A stretch of DNA of 64,000 bases from Eledone cirrhosa (Eukaryota), in the NCBI GenBank assembly GCA_964016885.1, contig OZ024746.1:57846001-57910000 (forward strand), in the 5' to 3' direction. Made by a program: the position numbers and the translations under genes. Under the pieces are notes generated by a model. It saw only the letters and a list, made by a program, of their open reading frames with translations. It searched no databases and had not been told where the DNA came from. Shown in pieces: positions 45,054 to 57,458 of the stretch (its first letter is position 1; each line of letters starts with the position of its first letter).

Positions 45054-45203
45054 ATTAACACTTAACATTTAATATTCTGTCATACTATTTCATTATAATA
45101 CCATTATAAATTTTAAAGGATTGTAAATAAAACGAGTAAATCAGACAAAGTTGGAATTCCTCTTATTAATATAATCTTCTATACACAACCATACACACCC
45201 GTG

Positions 45204-45347
<144 letters not shown>

Positions 45348-46510
45348 TATATATAAATATATATAACCAAAAGTTAAACAAGGTTCATTGATTAATCATG
45401 TATAATGTTAATTAATTTTGCATAATGTTCTACCTCACCTTATGAAATGCATATCATTTCTTTTATAGAGTAAGTTAATCTCTTCATTAAATACCTCTAG
45501 TTTGATTTTGAATCCTGTTTTTAAGTCTTGAATTTTCTAAATTTGAGATCTGTAATATATTCAGGCTTTCAAACCGTTTAGTTAATTTAAACGTTTCGAT
45601 ACGTATTGTTTACATTGATCGTGTATAATTTTCGTTTTATCTAAATTGATTATTAATCTGTATTTAACTTGTTCTATAGTATTGAATAGAGTAAGATTTG
45701 GTTGAATCGAAAAAATAATACTCTCAAGAGTAATTATAGCTAATAATTAAACCTATATGTAATTGACAAGTATGGATTTAAATAGTATTGTTTACAATAT
45801 TTATATTTCTAAACATTATATAAAATGCATATACCGATGCTAATATCCAAGTAAATTGAGTTAAACACTCGCATAATTATTTACTCATCATTGTTAGTTA
45901 ATAATGTTTCTAACTCTGAATTTTATAACTAAATTATTGAATGTATTTATTAATTTAATTATGCTCCAGATTATCATTGAAAATATTTTATATTATTTTA
46001 TATTATTGTATATTGTTTTAATTTTGATATAATATAATAGTATAATTTCTATCAAATACAATAGATTAAAAATTCCACGGTATTTAATTAATCGCTTCTA
46101 CCTAACTTAATATTTAAAAAAAAAACCACGCATCATGCCCTTCTTTTCTTCCTCTATTTTCCTTTTGCAATTATATATTCTACCATCTCTGTCTCCCTCT
46201 CTTTGTTTTTATCTTCATCTCATTATCTTTTATTTAGCTCTCTCTCTCTCATTTGGTTTCTTTCTCTAATACGGATATTTACATATTTAAATATTTAAAT
46301 ATTTAACATTTATGTACTTATGTGTTTATGTAATTATTTTTCATGTATTTATTTATTTTTTCTACACTTTCTCCTACTCACCCTCTCCATTATATTTAGT
46401 TTGTCATGTTAGTACTTATGGTATATAAATATTGAGTTTTGTTGTAATTAATCACTGCCAAGACTGGAATTGAACCATCAGCACAGTTGAGGTATGTCAC
46501 ACATCAACAT

Positions 46511-46581
46511 ATATATTTTATCTGATGAGGACGTACTGTAAAAACAGCACAGTACCTCCGAAATATATATAATAAATATAT
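46511..46581 (+). ncRNA. Hammerhead ribozyme
   Basis: Stem I AUAUAUUUUAU/AUAAAUAUAU, CUGAUGA, stem II GGA(C)GUACUGU/ACAGUAC(C)UCC, GAAA, stem III AUAUAUAU, A^. Confidence 0.85.
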
Positions 46582-46883
46582 TTTGATTACGTTGAATGTC
46601 TATGTTTATTAATATTTTGGATAAATATAAATATATATGTATATAAGTAGTAACACAACAGTTAGTTCACCATACCGAGAACAATTGTTCTACCTTAGCG
46701 GATCCTCAGTTCGTAATGGTCATGGTTATGCCCAATAGGAAGGACAACTATATGAACGCGCATGCGCAGAAACGGTCTCTTCACCCAAGCAATACACAAA
46801 GGCGGGCGAAAGGTATAAGGGAAATAACTGCGAAAGTCCGAAAAGTAGTTCTAGTTGATAAAAAATGTGTATGTTGTTGTTAT

Positions 46884-48981
46884 TCAATCCGGAGCTTTGT
46901 AGTTGTGTAAGAGGTGTTTCCAGAGATGTGGACAACATGTGAAGATTTCATATCTTGAGTTTAGGAAATCGCTATTGTGTAATCTCCTTAGAATATTTAT
47001 CCGTTCATCAATACATAGTCCACAAGACGGATTGCCGCTTGCGTATGGCTTGGACCTAGTGATGGCTTTCCATTGAATAGAGTAGTCTATACTTGAGTCC
47101 TTGAGGGACCATACGTTTCGGGAGTGATCGTTTGTCCGGGAACCTGAAGGTCAACTGATGGTTCAGGAAGTGTTCCTTAAATAGGCCCTCCGCCATACCC
47201 ACATAGGATTTGACCTCCTGTAGTTGATTTGGTCAGCTGGAAGTGACCACAGATTCATAAACTACAGCGGGTATGTTGCATTGCTGTTGAAAGGGGACAA
47301 GCTTCAGGCTTTCGGCAAGAGCATCCTGGTGGGGTACTTCTCTTAGGGATGTTGGTGATGTGGGCCTTCATATTCTTAGCGCTAGAGTACCGTAGATTTA
47401 CTCTGTGTCTGTTAAAGATGGAGCGGTATTTGTGACCTATGGGAAAGTGTCTATCTAAGAGGGCTAAACAATGTTTCCGACATCTGTTTTAACGTTGAGT
47501 GAGAAGGGGGGAGAGAACCAGATAATGTGTCTATTGTTACGCTTTCTTTTCTTATTGCTGCTGTTGTTAGTGGGAGAATAAGTGATACGGTGGGAGAAGC
47601 CGCTGTTAGCTAATGCCGTGTTGTCGTAAGGTTCCGCTCTGTCAAAGATAGCCTTATTAGAAGAGAGGTTAGAGATTCTAGTACTGATATTATTTACGAA
47701 GTTTCTAACAACAGAGGGAGGGTGGCATGAGTCCCTGTGAATGTAATTGAGTTGTTCATTAAGCTTATAGAAGGGTCTGTAGGTGTGAGTGTGCGAATAT
47801 CTAAATTAATGTCTAAGAAATCTACGCTAGAGGTTGGTAGCTACTGTTATCCTAAGTCCTAACTCATTAAAGGTAGAAGTTATCTCTTTTGTAAACCGGT
47901 CGAAGTCGTGACCACTTTTATGGCTCGATAAGGTCAGACCATCGTCGCGGTATATTCCCGTGTGGAAGTCCGGGAATCTAACATGTAATATGTCTAAAAT
48001 AAATAGGCCAACCAAGTCGCATGCGTAAGCACTGTCAAACGATCCCATGGAGACGTCGAATAGTTCTGAAGTGGACGACTTCTTTACTCAGGCTACTCCG
48101 TTATTGAAGAGGAGGGTTTTCTGGTAGTGAGCGATAATTTCCCTGTCTAAAATATTGACGGTAGTGTAAGTGGTAGCATAGTCGAACGCTTTGTTTAACA
48201 GGGCCTCTGAGATTGACCGGTAAAATTCTACAATGTCGAATTGCGTGAATTTCGCTTTTTTGGATATGAAGGATTTAAACCACTTAATGACGGAGTCGCT
48301 GTTCTCCCACTGGGATAGGTTGGTCTTGGTCCTAATGGTCTTAACTATGTTTCTAAGTATAGCCTTACTGACTAGTCTCATATCCGTGGGTGCCGAGTTT
48401 AGTAGTCTACACGTGGGTTTAGAAGTAAAGTCAACCTTGTGATCCTTCAGGGTGAGGAACGCCACCCTCTTAGCTAAGTATTGTAGCGTCTTATCTAATT
48501 CAAGGGCGGCGGCAAGGTATTTGGCTTTTGTAGTGATGTCGTGGTAGGCCATATGGTTAGCCTTCTTATATTTAGAGGTAATAGCGTTATGGGCCAAGTG
48601 GCTGTAAGTAGTGTTGTTGACCTCGTAAACATTATTGGTTTTGTCAGAAAGAACGAAAATGTTATATGAAGACCTACATTTATTAATATCATTTCTAAGT
48701 TTAATTTGAAAGGTGTTAGAGTGTTTGAGAAAGGAAATATTAGCGACTAAGTCAAGAAGGTCCGCTTTGAAATGGTCGAGTTCAGTTACCTTAGGAGGGT
48801 AGGCTCTCGATTTCAGGTTGAATGTGTTACTGGTGCCTGTAATTTTGCCTTCAAAAGCTAGGGTTCGCCATCTTAAGCGTCTGACGATATCTTCCGCTTT
48901 TTGTAGGAAAAGCGTTTGGTAAATATGGTTGGAGGAATTGGGAATATTCTTCAGAGAGTAATCCACTTCGTATAAATCCAT
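46884..48981 (-). pseudogene. PLE polyprotein (RT + C-terminal GIY-YIG), ~700 codons, with stops and frameshifts
   Basis: YSLKNIP..RRLRW; SDKTNNVY; AFLTLKDHK..CRLLN; QFDIVEFY.SI; FDVSMGSFD; GIYRDDGL; DFLDINLD; SCHPP; AVVYE..KSYVGMAEG; FLNSRYE..CCPH..*. Confidence 0.92.
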
Positions 48982-49227
48982 TCTGACGTTGATGAGACAC
49001 AAAGTTGTGTAGGACACGAGGATATAGAGAGCGCTCACAGGGTAGAAAGCCAAACTCCCACGTGGTGAAGAATCTGCTAAAGGCCAAACTTCCATGTAGT
49101 GAAAAGAATCTGCTGACCGTCCTGGAGACGTATATAGAGGTAGAACACTAGAAGGTAATATCCGTAGTGGTAGCGCACTCAGTTCATGGGACGAGTTAGG
49201 TAGAAGGGTTGACACAACAGTTAGTTC

Positions 49228-49279
49228 ACCATACCGAGAACAATTGTTTCACCTTAGCGTATCCTCAGCTCGTAATGGT
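49228..49279 (-). ncRNA. pLTR hammerhead ribozyme; sister copies 46669-46720 (-, GAAA mutated) and 49477-49527 (+)
   Basis: CGAG-CUGAGGA-..-GAAAC-AAUU-GUU^CUCG; stem I extends ACCAU/AUGGU; stem III palindrome ACAAUUGU. Confidence 0.8.
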
Positions 49280-49593
49280 CATGGTTATACGGAATAGGAA
49301 GGACAACCGTATGAACGCGCATGCGCAGAAACGTTCACTATATATAGGTAGAATACTGGAAGGTAATATCCGTACTGGTAGAGCACTCAGTCTATGGTTT
49401 TGTATTGCTTGGGTGAAGTGACTGTTTCTGCGCATGCGCGTTCATACGGTTGTCCTTCCTATTCCGTATAACTATGACCATTTCGAGCTGAGGATCCGTA
49501 CGGTGAAACAATTGTTCTCGTTATGGTGAATTAACTGTTGTGTTACCACTTCTACCTAACTCTTCCCATGGACTGAGTGCTCTACCACTATGG

Positions 49594-49653
<60 letters not shown>

Positions 49654-49918
49654 GGAAAAAATGAAACGATATTTCATTTCTCACTCTTAGTACGGCTGTT
49701 ACTTAAATATAAGTATGTACACGTACATACATATATGTATACCGACGTACAGTAGTATGTATATATATATATACATACATGCACACATATATATATATGC
49801 ACGTATGGATTCACCGAACATTTATTATAATGCTCGGTGTGTTTGTAAACAAACGTCCCGTATTAAGCCGTAGTGTCTAGCAACCACCGTTGCTCGTTTG
49901 TTCAACACTGACAAAGGA

Positions 49919-49961
49919 ACGCTGTACTAGTTTCAAGCTTGTTAGCTATCGTCAGCAACGT
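49919..49961 (-). ncRNA. Minimal hammerhead ribozyme (intact)
   Basis: ACGUUG-CUGACGA-U-AGCU(AACA)AGCU-U-GAAA-CUAG-UA^CAGCGU; predicted cut between 49925 and 49924. Confidence 0.88.
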
Positions 49962-50340
49962 ATACCTTCCTGCCAGATTGTTGAACGTATATACTTACCT
50001 TATGCATATTAACGGCTGAGTAGCCCAATTTGCATATCGAGTGGGTTAATCGGCCGGGTGCACCGAAAACGATAAACGGAAAAAATGAAACGATATTTCA
50101 TTTCCCACTCTTAGTACGGCTGTTACTTAAATATAAGTATGTACACGTACATACATATATGTATACCGACGTACAGTAGTATGTATATATATATATACAT
50201 ACATGCACACATATATATATGCACGTATGGATTCACCGAACATTTATTATAATGCTCGGTGTGTTTGTAAACAAACATCCCGTATTAAGCCGTAGTGTCT
50301 AGCAACCACCGTTGCTCGTTTGTTCAACACTGACAAAGGA

Positions 50341-50383
50341 ACGCTGTACTAGTTTCAAGCTTGTTAGCTATCGTCAGCAACGT
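50341..50383 (-). ncRNA. Minimal hammerhead ribozyme (intact, identical to 49919-49961)
   Basis: Same sequence; predicted cut between 50347 and 50346. Confidence 0.88.
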
Positions 50384-50492
50384 ATACCTTCCTGCCAGAT
50401 TGTTGAACGTATATACTTACCTTATGCATATTAACGGCTGAGTAGCCCAATTTGCATATCGAGTGGGTTATATATATATATATATACATCTT

Positions 50493-50546
<54 letters not shown>

Positions 50547-50740
50547 CGTGCTTGTGTGTGTGTGTGTGTGTGTTAGGTAATTCCGAGCGAATTACAAAAG
50601 TATAGAACATACCTATTTAATTTGTAAGTGAAAAACAGAAAACATAACTACTCCATTACCGATCCAGACGTATATTAACATTGTCTTGGACCCAGAAACC
50701 TTTGGTAATTGAGTAGTTATATTTTGCGTTGTTTACTTTC

Positions 50741-50861
<121 letters not shown>

Positions 50862-50862
50862 C

Positions 50863-51581
50863 GAAAGACATAAAATAAAAAAATTATAAAAATTAACTTA
50901 CTTACTAAAATTTCACTCCAACTAATTAGTTTCTGAAAGGGAATAAACATGGTTTCCAAATGGAAAGCATGGAGAAGCTGTTTCGTTATCAGAAAGTCTG
51001 TTCTCAGATAAGTTACCAGGCGATGCGTGGACACAGGGAACTCAAACAAAAATAATTCAGTGGATGGAAAAAAGCAAGTGTGGACTAAATTCCAAGACAT
51101 TGAAAAAAATACTGCCTACTTAAGCGGTGGCAAATTCAAAAGAATCAATCACGTGACATCGAGGTTAATCAGTGAGGAGAGGGGTGTTAAAAAGACAGTT
51201 GCCGAGCCATTACTATGAACTATAGTAGCAGTTTTGGGAAATTTTTGCTCAACAAAATAATTTGGAGATAAATTATGAAGAATTAGTATATATACCAACA
51301 TATATATACAGATGCATACCTATGCTAGCAAGTGATTTTTTCAATGTCTTGGAATTTAGTCCACGCTTGCTTTTTACCATCCACTGAATTATTTTTGTAT
51401 AAGTTCCCTGTGACCACGCATCGCCTGGTAACTTAGCTGAGAACAGACTTCCTGAAGACGAAACGGCTTCTCCATGCTTTCTATTTGGAAACCATGTTTA
51501 TTCCCTTTCAGAAACTAATTAGTTGGAGTGAAATGTTAGTAAGTAAGTTAATTTTTATAATTTTCTTATTTTACGTCTTTC
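50863..51581. repeat. ~250-bp diverged inverted repeats (50863-51110 / 51335-51581) next to (TA)n; second IR pair ~51273-51325 / 51650-51695
   Basis: Arms align by eye with scattered substitutions. Confidence 0.85.
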
Positions 51582-51724
51582 ATATAATTGTTCTGCATCC
51601 CCTTGCATTGAACCACAAAGTTACTAAGACAAAACTTATATATTTGCTCGCATAGGTATGCATCTGAATATATATGTTGGTAGATATACTAATTATTTAT
51701 ATATATATATATGTGTGTGTGTGC

Positions 51725-51782
<58 letters not shown>

Positions 51783-52022
51783 ATAACATATGTTCTTAAC
51801 AAATTAATTGACTTGTACTGAAACAAGTGTAAGGCTGTTACATGATTTAAGAAATATATCGTTTTCGATTTTGAAAATGTTCTCTGTCATTACGTGTCGT
51901 GTATTTCATTTTTTTGTGAACACCATCTCTTCAATAAATCTGTCTCTAATGACATAATCACATTCACCTTCAAAATATTATAAATTGGCAATACTAATTC
52001 TTTTTAGTTAACACACACACAC

Positions 52023-52123
<101 letters not shown>

Positions 52124-52168
52124 ATATCTATCTATCTATCTATTTAACTATATATCTATATATCTATA

Positions 52169-52200
<32 letters not shown>

Positions 52201-52202
<2 letters not shown>

Positions 52203-52642
52203 AAATAAAGATAAATAAAAGTCAAATGATTAAAATTTAGCTTCGATTATTACTGCTATATATATTTCAGTGACAGCCATCTTTGGCTGTGACCCCTTCA
52301 GGCAGTTTGAATTAGTATGGTATAGACAAGTACATATGTTGTTTAGGTGTATGATATTGTCAATACTCTGATATGCCCAGTTCCTTGTTGGGTTGTTAAT
52401 TCACTGGGGAACTGGAGTCATATGACTCCAGTTCCCCAGTGAATTAACAACCCAACAAGGAACTGGGCATATCAGAGTATTGACAATATCATACACCTAA
52501 ACAACATATGTACTTGTCTATACCATACTAATTCAAACTGCCTGAAGGGGTCACAGCCAAAGATGGCTGTCACTGAAATATATATAGCAGTAATAAACGA
52601 AGCTAAATTTTAATCATTTGACTTTTATTTATCTTTATTTTA
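52201..52642. repeat. 442-bp spacerless palindrome centred on CATATG
   Basis: Centre 52421/52422; one mismatch seen. Confidence 0.95.
52537..52591 (+). ncRNA. Hammerhead ribozyme with A9->G variant core; mirror on - at 52252-52306
   Basis: ACUGC-CUGAAGG-GGU(C)ACAGCCA(AAGA)UGGCUGU(C)ACU-GAAA-UAUAUA-UA^GCAGU. Confidence 0.75.
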
Positions 52643-52741
52643 CACTACTCCGGAGTAACCAAACCAACCTGCGCACTTCGTCGAGTGCTCCAGCCTGCAT
52701 ACTGAGGTGTTGGTATACAACCAACATAAACTCAAAATCTA

Positions 52742-52802
<61 letters not shown>

Positions 52803-52826
52803 TAAATGGAAAATATCTTCATAAAA

Positions 52827-52904
52827 CCATATTTATTTTATTATACGTATTTCAAGGCTACCAATATTTATGTACGCTTTCGTCAGATAAAATAAAATAT
52901 TTGG
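52827..52904 (-). ncRNA. Hammerhead ribozyme, diverged relative of 1992-2072
   Basis: UAUUUUAU-CUGACGA-..-GAAA-UACGUA-UA^AUAAAAUA; stem III palindrome AUACGUAU; shares the 3' tail AAATATGGTTTTAT..TTTCCATTTATT. Confidence 0.75.
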
Positions 52905-52951
52905 TTTAAAGATAGTGACATATCTTCATATGAACTTCATGTTATAAATTC

Positions 52952-52999
<48 letters not shown>

Positions 53000-53325
53000 C
53001 CCATTTGCAACGCCGCAGCTCCATTATTATCATCATATTTACACATATAATTTTTCCATGCTGCCTTCGTCTGTTTCGTTCCTTGTATCTTTACCACTTC
53101 TAGCAGTCTCCCTCTCTGTTACTCTCTCCTCAACTTTCACTCACTCATTCTCTGTCACTACCTCTCCCCCTCCTCTTTCCTCCTCCTCCTTCAAGTTTGA
53201 CCTGTGTGTAATTCTTTTCTCGCGCAGTCTTGACCGAGCTGGTATGAAATTTTTTTTCTCTCTCTCTTTCGTCTGCGACTTCACAAAACTTGCGTTTACC
53301 GAATTCGTAGACCAGACCCCCTTAT

Positions 53326-53393
53326 CCTCTTCTTCTTATTCTTCTTCTTCTTCTTCTTCTTCTTCTTCTTCTTCTTCTTCTTCTTCTTCCTCT
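53326..53393. repeat. (TTC)n microsatellite
   Basis: Read directly; source of the poly-S and poly-R ORFs. Confidence 0.95.
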
Positions 53394-53726
53394 TCTCTCC
53401 TTTTTCTTTCTCTCTCTCTTTCTTTTTTCACCCCCGTCAAACTTGGGCGAAATTCTTTCCTTGCTCACATTTCTACCAGGTTCGATGGTCTTTCGTCTCT
53501 TGTTCACGATTTCACAGAGTTTATATTCATAGAGATCTGGGACTTGTCTATTTCTACTCACTTTCCGTTGCTTAAACCCTTTTGTTGTTACTCTAGCGTT
53601 CCCCTTTATTTACGTGTCCCAACGACTTTGTTTAGCCGTTGTTCGCACCAACCTGAGGCATATGGCCCTTAAAGCGATGAAATGCCGAGGACGGTTGGAG
53701 GGTCACTGATGAAGGACTCACTTTTT

Positions 53727-53762
<36 letters not shown>

Positions 53763-54028
53763 AGCGAGTAGGACCCCGACGGCTGAGCTCAAGCCGTTTC
53801 GACGGCTAATTCTGGACGATATATATATATATATGTGTGTGTATGTATGTATGTATGTATGTGTGTGTGAGAGAGAAAGAGAGAAAGAGAGAGAAATTGT
53901 AGTGTGATCCGTGCTTATGTTTCTGTAATTCCGTCACCAAGTGTACTTTACGCGACTTATTCAAGTATTATCTCTATTTAACTACTTTGTGAAACCTTGT
54001 CAGGAAAGAAAACCTGTTCAATATATAC

Positions 54029-54154
<126 letters not shown>

Positions 54155-55144
54155 GTGTATGTATATATGTATATACACACATATATATGGAGAAAGAGAG
54201 GGAAAGAGAGAGACATGATATATATATAGAGAGAGAGAATTAATGGAACGACATAAATCACCATGCTCCTGGCTCAAATTGGAACTGAATCTAAATAAGA
54301 AAACTGAATAACGACAGAAACCAACAACATTGGCCAAATTGTTATAGCATGTTCTATATATTAAATCTTAAATAAATACAACAAATTAATATTTCCTTTG
54401 AGACAAGGAAGCTGCCAACATTGATGTATTTCAAACTTACATTGGCATGTAATTTAGATACGTTTGTTTTTGTATGTAAATATATTTTCATTTCCATAAC
54501 AAAAATTGTACATTTATATAGAGATTCCGACAAATATAATTTTAACATAAAAGAGTCTATTTAAACAAGAACATCTAAATATACTCGATGAAATATTTCT
54601 AAGGCCATGAAGAGACAAGTCTTATTAGACCGTCAAATAGAATGTTTTGCGATATTAATTCCGTTTCTCTGCGCATTGAGTTCAAATATATTCGGTGTCA
54701 ACATTGCCTTTGAAAATCTTGAGTTTGATAAAATACTAGTCAGGTACAGGGTTCAACTTTCAATCAACGAAATAGAGTGTATTCAAACTTCTAGAGAGAT
54801 GGACACCAAGAGGTATTAAAATGCCGTACGTCATGAAGAATGCCCTCAGAACCCGTTTTCAGACCATATCCCATATACAAATTTCTAGTACATATATAGA
54901 AGGGAACCTGCCGGTATGGAGAAGCAGGCTGAAGATTCGCTCACCCCAGCCCCAATAAAAACTGAGCCCAATCTGCCCATCCAAAATACACCAGACGAAA
55001 CCACATATACCTACAAACCTGCACACAGGGCAACAGCACAAGGAATAGGGTGACGTTCCATATAGTTCTTCGCTAAAAGGGAGACAGTATGCAGTTGTGT
55101 TGTATATTGTTCAAACTGCAAATACAAGAACACAACAATAAAGC

Positions 55145-55178
<34 letters not shown>

Positions 55179-56452
55179 GTTACAATGTGGAAAATTAAAA
55201 GATCGAGGCATTTAATCACTGACAATTTTTTTCTTTCAATAGTAATATACCTCAGACAACAAATTATCTTATTTGACAATATAAGTTAGCGAAGACGTTA
55301 GTGGTCATCAGACATGTATGGGCATGTATATGCGTAAGTTTATATATGTATATATATATATATATGTGTGAGTGTGTGTATGGGTGCATGTGCATGTGTC
55401 CGCAGTATTACTTACTGAAGTAAGTGAAAGCGTAAAGGAGATAAATTTCAAATGTGTACTCAATACATATTGGTGAATTTGTTCTCTCTCTCTATATATA
55501 TATACCAGGCCTTTACATCGAATTCCCTATTTCACACACATATATATACACAGTGAGATGGAGGGAGTGACAGACAATGATAGATACATAGATGTTCAAT
55601 ATATGTATCATTCTACACAGCCAGACAACCAAGACGGATTTACGTTACTGACAATACACCTATTTGGCAGCCGCAGTATTTGGCAGGTTATAGTGAAAAC
55701 AGAAAGAGTAAATCTAGTAAAGAGAGCCAGAATTCTATTTTAACGTTTCTGTTTTATAGTCAAATAGAAATATATACAAATAGAGATTTATTCACAAAAT
55801 TATTTTCGTTTCCTTGTTTACAATGTTAGCATTTAAGGAGTAATTTTGTAATTTTTGGTATTCCACCAGTCAGTGTTTTTGAATAGCCATCATGTTCTTG
55901 CTAGTATGACGAATAATAATGTGTGCATATGTGAGTACATTGGTTTATAAGGATGTGTGAATGTATGTGTATTTGTGTAAGTGGTTGATCCTTGCGTGTT
56001 GTTGTTGGTCGGTATAAGCTGCAATAGAGCCTTCTGTGTGAATGTCTCCGCTCATGTGTGACAACGGACGAGATAGGGGTGATATTCGTTAGGGGTATAG
56101 AAATAAGGGTGAGCATACGTGTGCAAGATTAAAGAAATTGAGGAAGGGGTTTTCAGTTCATAACGGACAAGGGGGAAAATCAGGCTATGCTCATTCTTGG
56201 TGCTTGAGGTCGGGAATTCGTGATGTAAAAGGACACCAAGGACTGAGACATGTAAGAAGGAGTCACCAGGGGCACGTGGATGGCGAGCGACAATATATGA
56301 ATATATATATATATATATATATTGTTATACTTGGGGACACACGATTTCATATAAAAAAACCTCGCTAAACTATATATATATATATATATATATATATGTT
56401 ACTCTTTTACTATTTTACCTGTTCCAGTCATCCGGCTGGGGCCATGTATATA

Positions 56453-56490
<38 letters not shown>

Positions 56491-56672
56491 CTCATTAGAA
56501 TATAGAAGGAGAAATAAAAGATGACATGAAAAATAAATAGTGAGAAGAGGACTGAATGGGAAAACAAACTGAGACAAAACACACGTGCGTATTCAGACAC
56601 CATGTATGCAAACGCACATACTCACACACACATTTATATATATGTAAGTCTAAAGTATGTCGCAAGCCAGAA

Positions 56673-56924
56673 AGCTCATTCGGCCGCTACTTATCCCGGT
56701 TTCTTGGCGTGAAGCGACTGAGAGTACAAGACACCCCCTGGACAGAAGGCCAGTCAATCGCAGGGTTAAACCTCCAGCTATTGCTGGTACTGATTTCAGC
56801 TGAGTATACTGGAGCACGTGAAATGAATTGTTTTGCTCAACAACACAACACACAACCCAGAAATCGAACCCACGACATTATGATCGTAATTCCAACACCC
56901 TTACCACTAGGCCACGTGCCTCCA
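56673..56924 (-). mobile_element. Second tRNA-derived SINE family (V-domain-like)
   Basis: TGGCCTAGTGGTAAG A box, GGGTTCGATT B box, CCTGCGATTGACTGGC..TCCAGGGG central motif. Confidence 0.75.
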
Positions 56925-57282
56925 CCATATATATATATTCATGTGTATGTATGTGTCCACATGTATCTGTGTGTTTCTCTATATATTGTTTATAACTCCC
57001 TTTGGTCGAGTAACCTTTGAAGTGCAGTGACTGTGGATAGCTACCATTACTCATACTTCTCGCCTCCTCAAACCACCTCTTCTGCGGCTTTGATATAAAT
57101 ACCCCCTCCGCCTCCGTGTTATTTTTTCAGCGTTATAAGAGGCTTAGCTCTGTTTCTTGACCGCTGTATCACGTGATTGACTCCCCCTCCGCCTTTTCGA
57201 GATTCTATCTCGCGCACCACGGACGTGTTTTGAAACCCTTGATGGGGTAACCTCTTGATAAGTCGGCAGACCTCACAAAAAC

Positions 57283-57349
57283 TCTATATCTCTATGATGT
57301 AGTGTTCGTGCATAATATGCCACGAAACTACGTAGTCAGGGACTATAGA
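57283..57349 (+). ncRNA. Decayed hammerhead ribozyme
   Basis: Stem I UCUAUA-UCUCU/AGGGA-C-UAUAGA; box mutated to AUGAUGU; GAAAC-UACGUA-GUC^ with palindrome ACUACGUAGU. Confidence 0.6.
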
Positions 57350-57378
57350 AGCAGTTTAGGTATGATATAGCTTATTAC

Positions 57379-57451
<73 letters not shown>

Positions 57452-57458
<7 letters not shown>

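Larger units (their letters stand above)
46652..49595 (-). mobile_element. Near full-length Penelope-like element (Hydra-clade-like) with direct pLTRs and an inverted 5' pLTR
   Basis: Direct repeats 46652-46773 / 49212-49333; inverted copy ~49396-49595; each contains an HHR; RT + GIY-YIG ORF lies between the direct repeats. Confidence 0.9.
49649..50470 (-). mobile_element. Head-to-tail dimer of a ~422-424-bp non-coding unit with one HHR per unit (retrozyme-like)
   Basis: AACGGAAAAA at 49651 and 50075; near-identical units; (TA)n on both sides; no meaningful ORF. Confidence 0.9.

Noticed and set aside
48088-48090. In-frame TGA in the PLE ORF as possible selenocysteine or readthrough
   Set aside because: It falls where Trp is expected (GVA*VKK, TGG->TGA), and the ORF also has frameshifts, so this is simple decay.
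53700-53730. CTGATGA box at 53706
   Set aside because: No downstream GAAA or stems before the TA tract; at best a truncated remnant.
56860-56924. tRNA gene
   Set aside because: tRNA-like A/B boxes run into a SINE body and the acceptor stem is not intact; this is a SINE head.
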